64,000 nt of DNA from Squalus acanthias (taxonomy: Eukaryota): NCBI GenBank assembly GCA_030390025.1, contig CM059432.1, positions 121,212,001 to 121,276,000 of the forward strand, written 5' to 3'. The notes under the pieces are model-generated. The model made no database searches and was not told the DNA's origin. It worked only from the letters and a program-made list of their open reading frames with translations. Positions 59,735-64,000 of the stretch are shown here, in pieces; position 1 is the first letter of the stretch; each line of letters starts with the position of its first letter. Both the position numbers and the translations under genes were made by a program.

Positions 59735-59900
59735 ATTCAAGGCTGAGATAGATAGATTTTTGGACTCATGGGGAATCGAGGGATATGGGGATCGGGCGGG
59801 AAAGTGGAGTTGAGGTTAAAGATCAGCCATGATCTTATTGAATGGCGGAGCAGGCTCGAGGGGCCGTATGGCCTACTCCTGCTCCTAATTCTTATGTTCT
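59735..59900 (+). mobile_element. Short CR1 3' end
   Basis: ttcaaggctgagatagataga...ggcctactcctgctcctaattcttatg. Confidence 0.75.
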
Positions 59901-60061
59901 TAAAAAACTTGCAGTACAAACAACACAAGCAGAGAATGGCTGATACTTTTAAAATTGAATTGTATTTTAATCTTTGTTTCTGATTTCAAATCTGAGGTTG
60001 AGTATATGCATCAAACCAAATACTTTGGATCTAATGCAATAAATCTATAAACAAGTCTTAC

Positions 60062-60440
60062 TCCAGGGACTTGAGCACATAAATCTAGGCTGACACTCCA
60101 GTGCAGTGCTGAGGGAATGCTGCACTGTCGGAGGTGCTGTCTTTTGGATGAGACGTTAAACCAAGGCCCCGTCTGCTCTCTCAGGTGGACGTAAAAGATC
60201 CCATGGCACTATTTCAAAGAAGAGTAGGGAGTTATCCCCGGTGTCCTGGCCAATATTTGTCCCTCAGTCAACATAACAAAAACAGTTTATCAGGTCATTA
60301 TCACATTGCTGTTTGTGGGAGCTTGCTGTGTGCAAATTGGCTACTGCTTTTCACACATTACAAGAGTGACTGCATTCCAAAAGTACTTCATTGGCTGTAA
60401 AGCGCTTTGAGATGTCCGGTGGTCGTGAAAGGCGTTACAT
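60062..60440 (+). mobile_element. SacSINE1-like Deu-SINE, 5' truncated
   Basis: ggatgagacgttaaaccaaggccccgtctgctctctcaggtggacgtaaaagatccc core. Confidence 0.82.
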
Positions 60441-61635
60441 GGTCCTACCATCTCAGAGCCTCCTTTCTCCTACAAACAGTAGTCCTAGAAAACTCTCTAA
60501 CTCCCAACCTCTTTCTGCCTCCCTACTTCGTTTGAACCTCACCCTTTTATGCTCAGCTGGCATGGGAAAGTCTATTTCCCCTCCCCCCCACACCAGTTGT
60601 GATTACGTATTAAAGGCGAGGTTCTTAAAGGGGCCATACCCTTCCTCATAAAGGTGATGATTCTTAAAGGGCCATACCCTTACTCATGGATCAGGGCCCT
60701 CATCAGCCTGTGGCTGACATACCGGCCCTCAATCACCCTGCTACGTGTCAAATAAAACAAAAAAAATGATGAAATTAATACCTTGATTTCTTTGAGCAGA
60801 AAGCATCTCCGATAAAGGGTATGCATTTCCTTCCGAATTATATTTCCGTACAAGTACTGTACAATTCCCAAATGATACTCCTGGATAGGCCATATCCTCA
60901 ACTGTACAAATCATGGCTTGCATTGTCATTCATATATGTGAATGTCTGTTCCAAAACAAACTGTAGAATAGTGAAGGTTCGTACTTGTGAAACTGTTACA
61001 GGAAGTTAACACTCAAAATTAAGTTTGACACATTCTTATGTCAGTTAAAATTCACTTTGAATTGATTGCAATTATCCAGTAGTCATGCAAAGCTGAACTG
61101 ATCTGAGCCTAGCTCCTTGATGTGATCCCACACCACACCACTTTTCTAAATTGATTTGTAGTACTACACATTTTATAAACATGTAAAGTCAAACCCACCT
61201 CACATTGACTCAATGTGTATTACAACGGGTCTAGTTGAGTAGACAGAAACAGTTTATAGTACAAAGTCATCTGCATAGGCTCCATACCACTCTGGACTGG
61301 ATTACAAAGGATTATTCTTGCAAACCTGCCACAAAGTCAAGTTTCTTTAAACTAGACTACCAGGGGTAACAGTTTTTTTTTCTCCCTTTGAGATATTAGA
61401 TGTATACCTTGCCAATGTTATCAAAAATTAAACAACCCAGCAGTGATATTTAAGTTCTGTGATCTCCCACTGACCTCACATACCTCTGCAGAGTCAGGAG
61501 TGGAGGCTACTCATGAATGCTCACTGGCTCTGAAACTAGCCGAGTGATTTTGTGGCCACTATATTTGTTTTTATTTGTACTAACATTCCCATGCTTTCAA
61601 TTTAAATTATTAAAAGCCGAAAAACCCCTTTGATA

Positions 61636-63447
61636 AATTGAAATAAAAACATAAAATGCTGGAGATACTCAGCAGGTCAGGCAACATCTGTGAAGAGTGA
61701 AACAGAGTTAACGTTTCAGGTCGATGACCTTTCGTCAGAACTGGAAAAAAGTAGGAAATGGAACAGATTTTTAAGCAAGTGTAGGGGCTAAGAAAGGGGG
61801 GAGGGGATGAAAGAACAAAAGGGACAATCTATGATAGGGTAGAAGGCAGGAGAGGTTAGGAGACATTAAGAGATATTCAAGGCAAAAGGAGATGGTAATG
61901 GGACAGGTTAAGAAACAAAGGATGGCTCTAGATGAAGTGTGAATTGCGTTGGCAGAATGAAAGACAGCTGCCATGTGGGAGAGAAGAACAGAAGGCACAA
62001 ACAAAAAGTGTGGATAAAAAATATATCTATGATAGGGGCCGGGGTTATGAACTGAAATTGTTGAACTCTATGTTGAGTCCAGAAGGCTGCAAAGTGCCTA
62101 ATCGAAAGATGAGATGCTGTTCCTCGAGGTTACGCTGAGCTTCCGTGGAACAATGCAAGAGGCTGAGGACGGTGAGGTCAGAGTGGGAGTGGAGCGGAGA
62201 ATTAAAGCGACAGGCGACCGGAAGCTCGGGGTCCCCCTTACGGACAGAACAGAGGTGTTCTGCAAAGCAGTCACCCAATCTGTGTTTGGTCTCCCCAATG
62301 TAGAGGAGACCACATCATGAGCAGCGAATACAGTATACTAAATTGCAAGAAGTACAAGTAAATTGCTGTTTCACCTGAAAGGGGTGTTTGGGGCCCTGGA
62401 CAGTGTGAAGGGGGGAGGTAAAAGGGCATGTGTTGCATCTGCTGCGCTTGCACGGGAAGGTGCCGGGCGAAGGGGAAGGGGTGTTGGGGCTAATAGAGGA
62501 GTGGACCAGGGTGTCGCGGAGGGAGCGGTCCCTTCAGAATGCTGAAAGGGGAGGAGAGGGGAAGATGCGTTTGGTGGTGGGATCATGCTGGAGTTGGCGG
62601 AAATGGCAGAGGATGATCCGTTGAATGTGGAGGCTGGTGGGGTGAAAGGTGAGGACAAGGGGAACTCCATTGTGGTTCCGGGAGGGAGGGGCAGGGGTGA
62701 GGGCAGAAGTGCGGGAGATAGAACGGACAAGGTCAAGGGCTGTGTCAACCACAGTAGAGGGGAATCCTCGGTTGAGGAAAAAGGAAGACATGTCGGAAGC
62801 ACTGGTATGGAAGGTGACATCGTCAGAGCAGATGCGGCGGAGATGGAGAAACTGGGAGAATGGAATAGAGTCCTTACAGGAGGCGGGGTGGGAGGAAGTG
62901 TAGTCCAGGTAGCTGTGGGAGTCAGTGGGCTTGTAGTGAATGTTTTTCAATAACCTATCCCCAGAGATGGAGACGGAGAAGTCGAGGAAGGGAAGGGAAG
63001 AGTCGGAGATGGACCATGTGAAGGTGAGGGAAGGGTGGAAATTGGAAGCAAAGTGAATGAAATTTTCTAATTCAGGGCGAGAGCAGGAAACGGCACTGAT
63101 ACAGTCATCAATGCATCAATGTACCGGAAAAAGAGGTGAGGGAGGGCACCTGAGTAGGACTGGAACAAAGAATGTTCCACATATCCCACGAAAAGGCAAG
63201 CATAGCTCGGACCCATGCGGGTTCCCATAGCAACACCTTTGATTTGGAGGAAGTGAGTGGAGTCAAAGGGGAAGTTGTTGAATGTGAGAACAAGTTCAGC
63301 CAGGCGGAGGAGGGTGGTGGTGGATGGGGACTGGTTGGGCCTCTGTTCAAAGAAGAAGCAGAGCGCCCTCAGGCCATCCTGGTGGGGGTTGGAGGTGTGG
63401 AGGGATTGTACGTCCATAGTGAAAAGGAGGCGGTTGGGGCCAGGAAA
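61636..63447 (-). mobile_element. Penelope-like element (RT + GIY-YIG, degraded)
   Basis: LFTMDVQSLHT, GVAMGTRMGPSYACLF, FFRYID, YKPTDSHSYL, RKLEEQHLIF-like motifs. Confidence 0.9.
61706..61742 (-). ncRNA. Minimal type I hammerhead ribozyme motif
   Basis: agtt-CTGACGA-aaggtcatcgacct-GAAACGTT-aact. Confidence 0.65.
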
Positions 63448-64000
63448 CTTTGATAAATTAACTAGTTTGAACTGAACCTTATTGGCCCCACGTGGGATTT
63501 TGAGCAGCATTTCAAGCACACTGCTTTCTTCATGCAAAGTTGAGGTTTTCATTTAGAATTATTCTATATGAGCTGAATATAAAAATCAACCAATTTTGCT
63601 TGAAGCACAGTGCACTCCTTTTGCTTTAAGGTTGTAGGTAGGCAAAATGACACTTTCTTCTGCATAACAAAAATGGCTTTTTCGGTAAAAGTGAATGTAG
63701 CTTGGTTAAAATATGCCACAATCCAGAAAGTTCTCTTGTTACATGTACATAAATGGACTGGACTGTTTCGAAGAAGGGTAAGTGATTGCTTGTCATTCTG
63801 ATTCACTCAGAAACCAACTTTTTCACTTCCTCTGGCACATTTTAAGCAAAATTGCAGTACCCTGATTGGAGTTCTCTCTGCTACTAGTAGATACAGAAAT
63901 GAACAGACCTGTCATGGAATGTACTGCACTTGCCGGTTTAGAAGTGCGTTTGATTCAAAAAGAAGCCTGTTTCACATGAAAGATTTGATGTAACCAGAGA

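Noticed and set aside
60621..60680. Direct repeat ttcttaaaggggccataccct x2
   Set aside because: Small local duplication with no further structure.
63637..63778. Plus-strand segment ending in a strong donor (gg|gtaagt)
   Set aside because: No clear acceptor or recognisable peptide; insufficient support.

Overview
Repeat-dense eukaryotic DNA, most likely from a cartilaginous fish (inferred from HE1/V-SINE, SacSINE1-like Deu-SINEs, CR1/HER1-like LINEs, Penelope-like elements and many Harbinger transposons). No host gene is confidently identified; there are only a few candidate exons. The main feature is a nearly intact 12.9 kb endogenous retrovirus-like provirus on the minus strand (4787-17689). 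It has ~1.42 kb TGTAA...TTACA LTRs and a 4-bp CCCT target-site duplication. Gag has a coiled coil and one CCHC knuckle and is separated from pol only by an in-frame UGA-CUAG stop. Pol runs PR-RT-degenerate RNase H-second RNase H-IN. Env lacks the classical retroviral motifs: signal peptide, Ig-like domain, then a furin-cleaved class I fusion protein laid out like paramyxo/pneumovirus F. This fits a lokiretrovirus-like lineage, and the Ig domain in Env is the most unusual part. The provirus sits in a four-level nest: CR1(+) > CR1(-) > ERV > Harbinger MITE. The rest of the window holds two full-length two-gene Harbinger elements, several derivatives that keep the Myb gene but lost the transposase, LINE/SINE fragments, and Penelope elements with minimal hammerhead ribozyme motifs. 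All alignments and counts were done by eye, and boundaries of old repeats are approximate.
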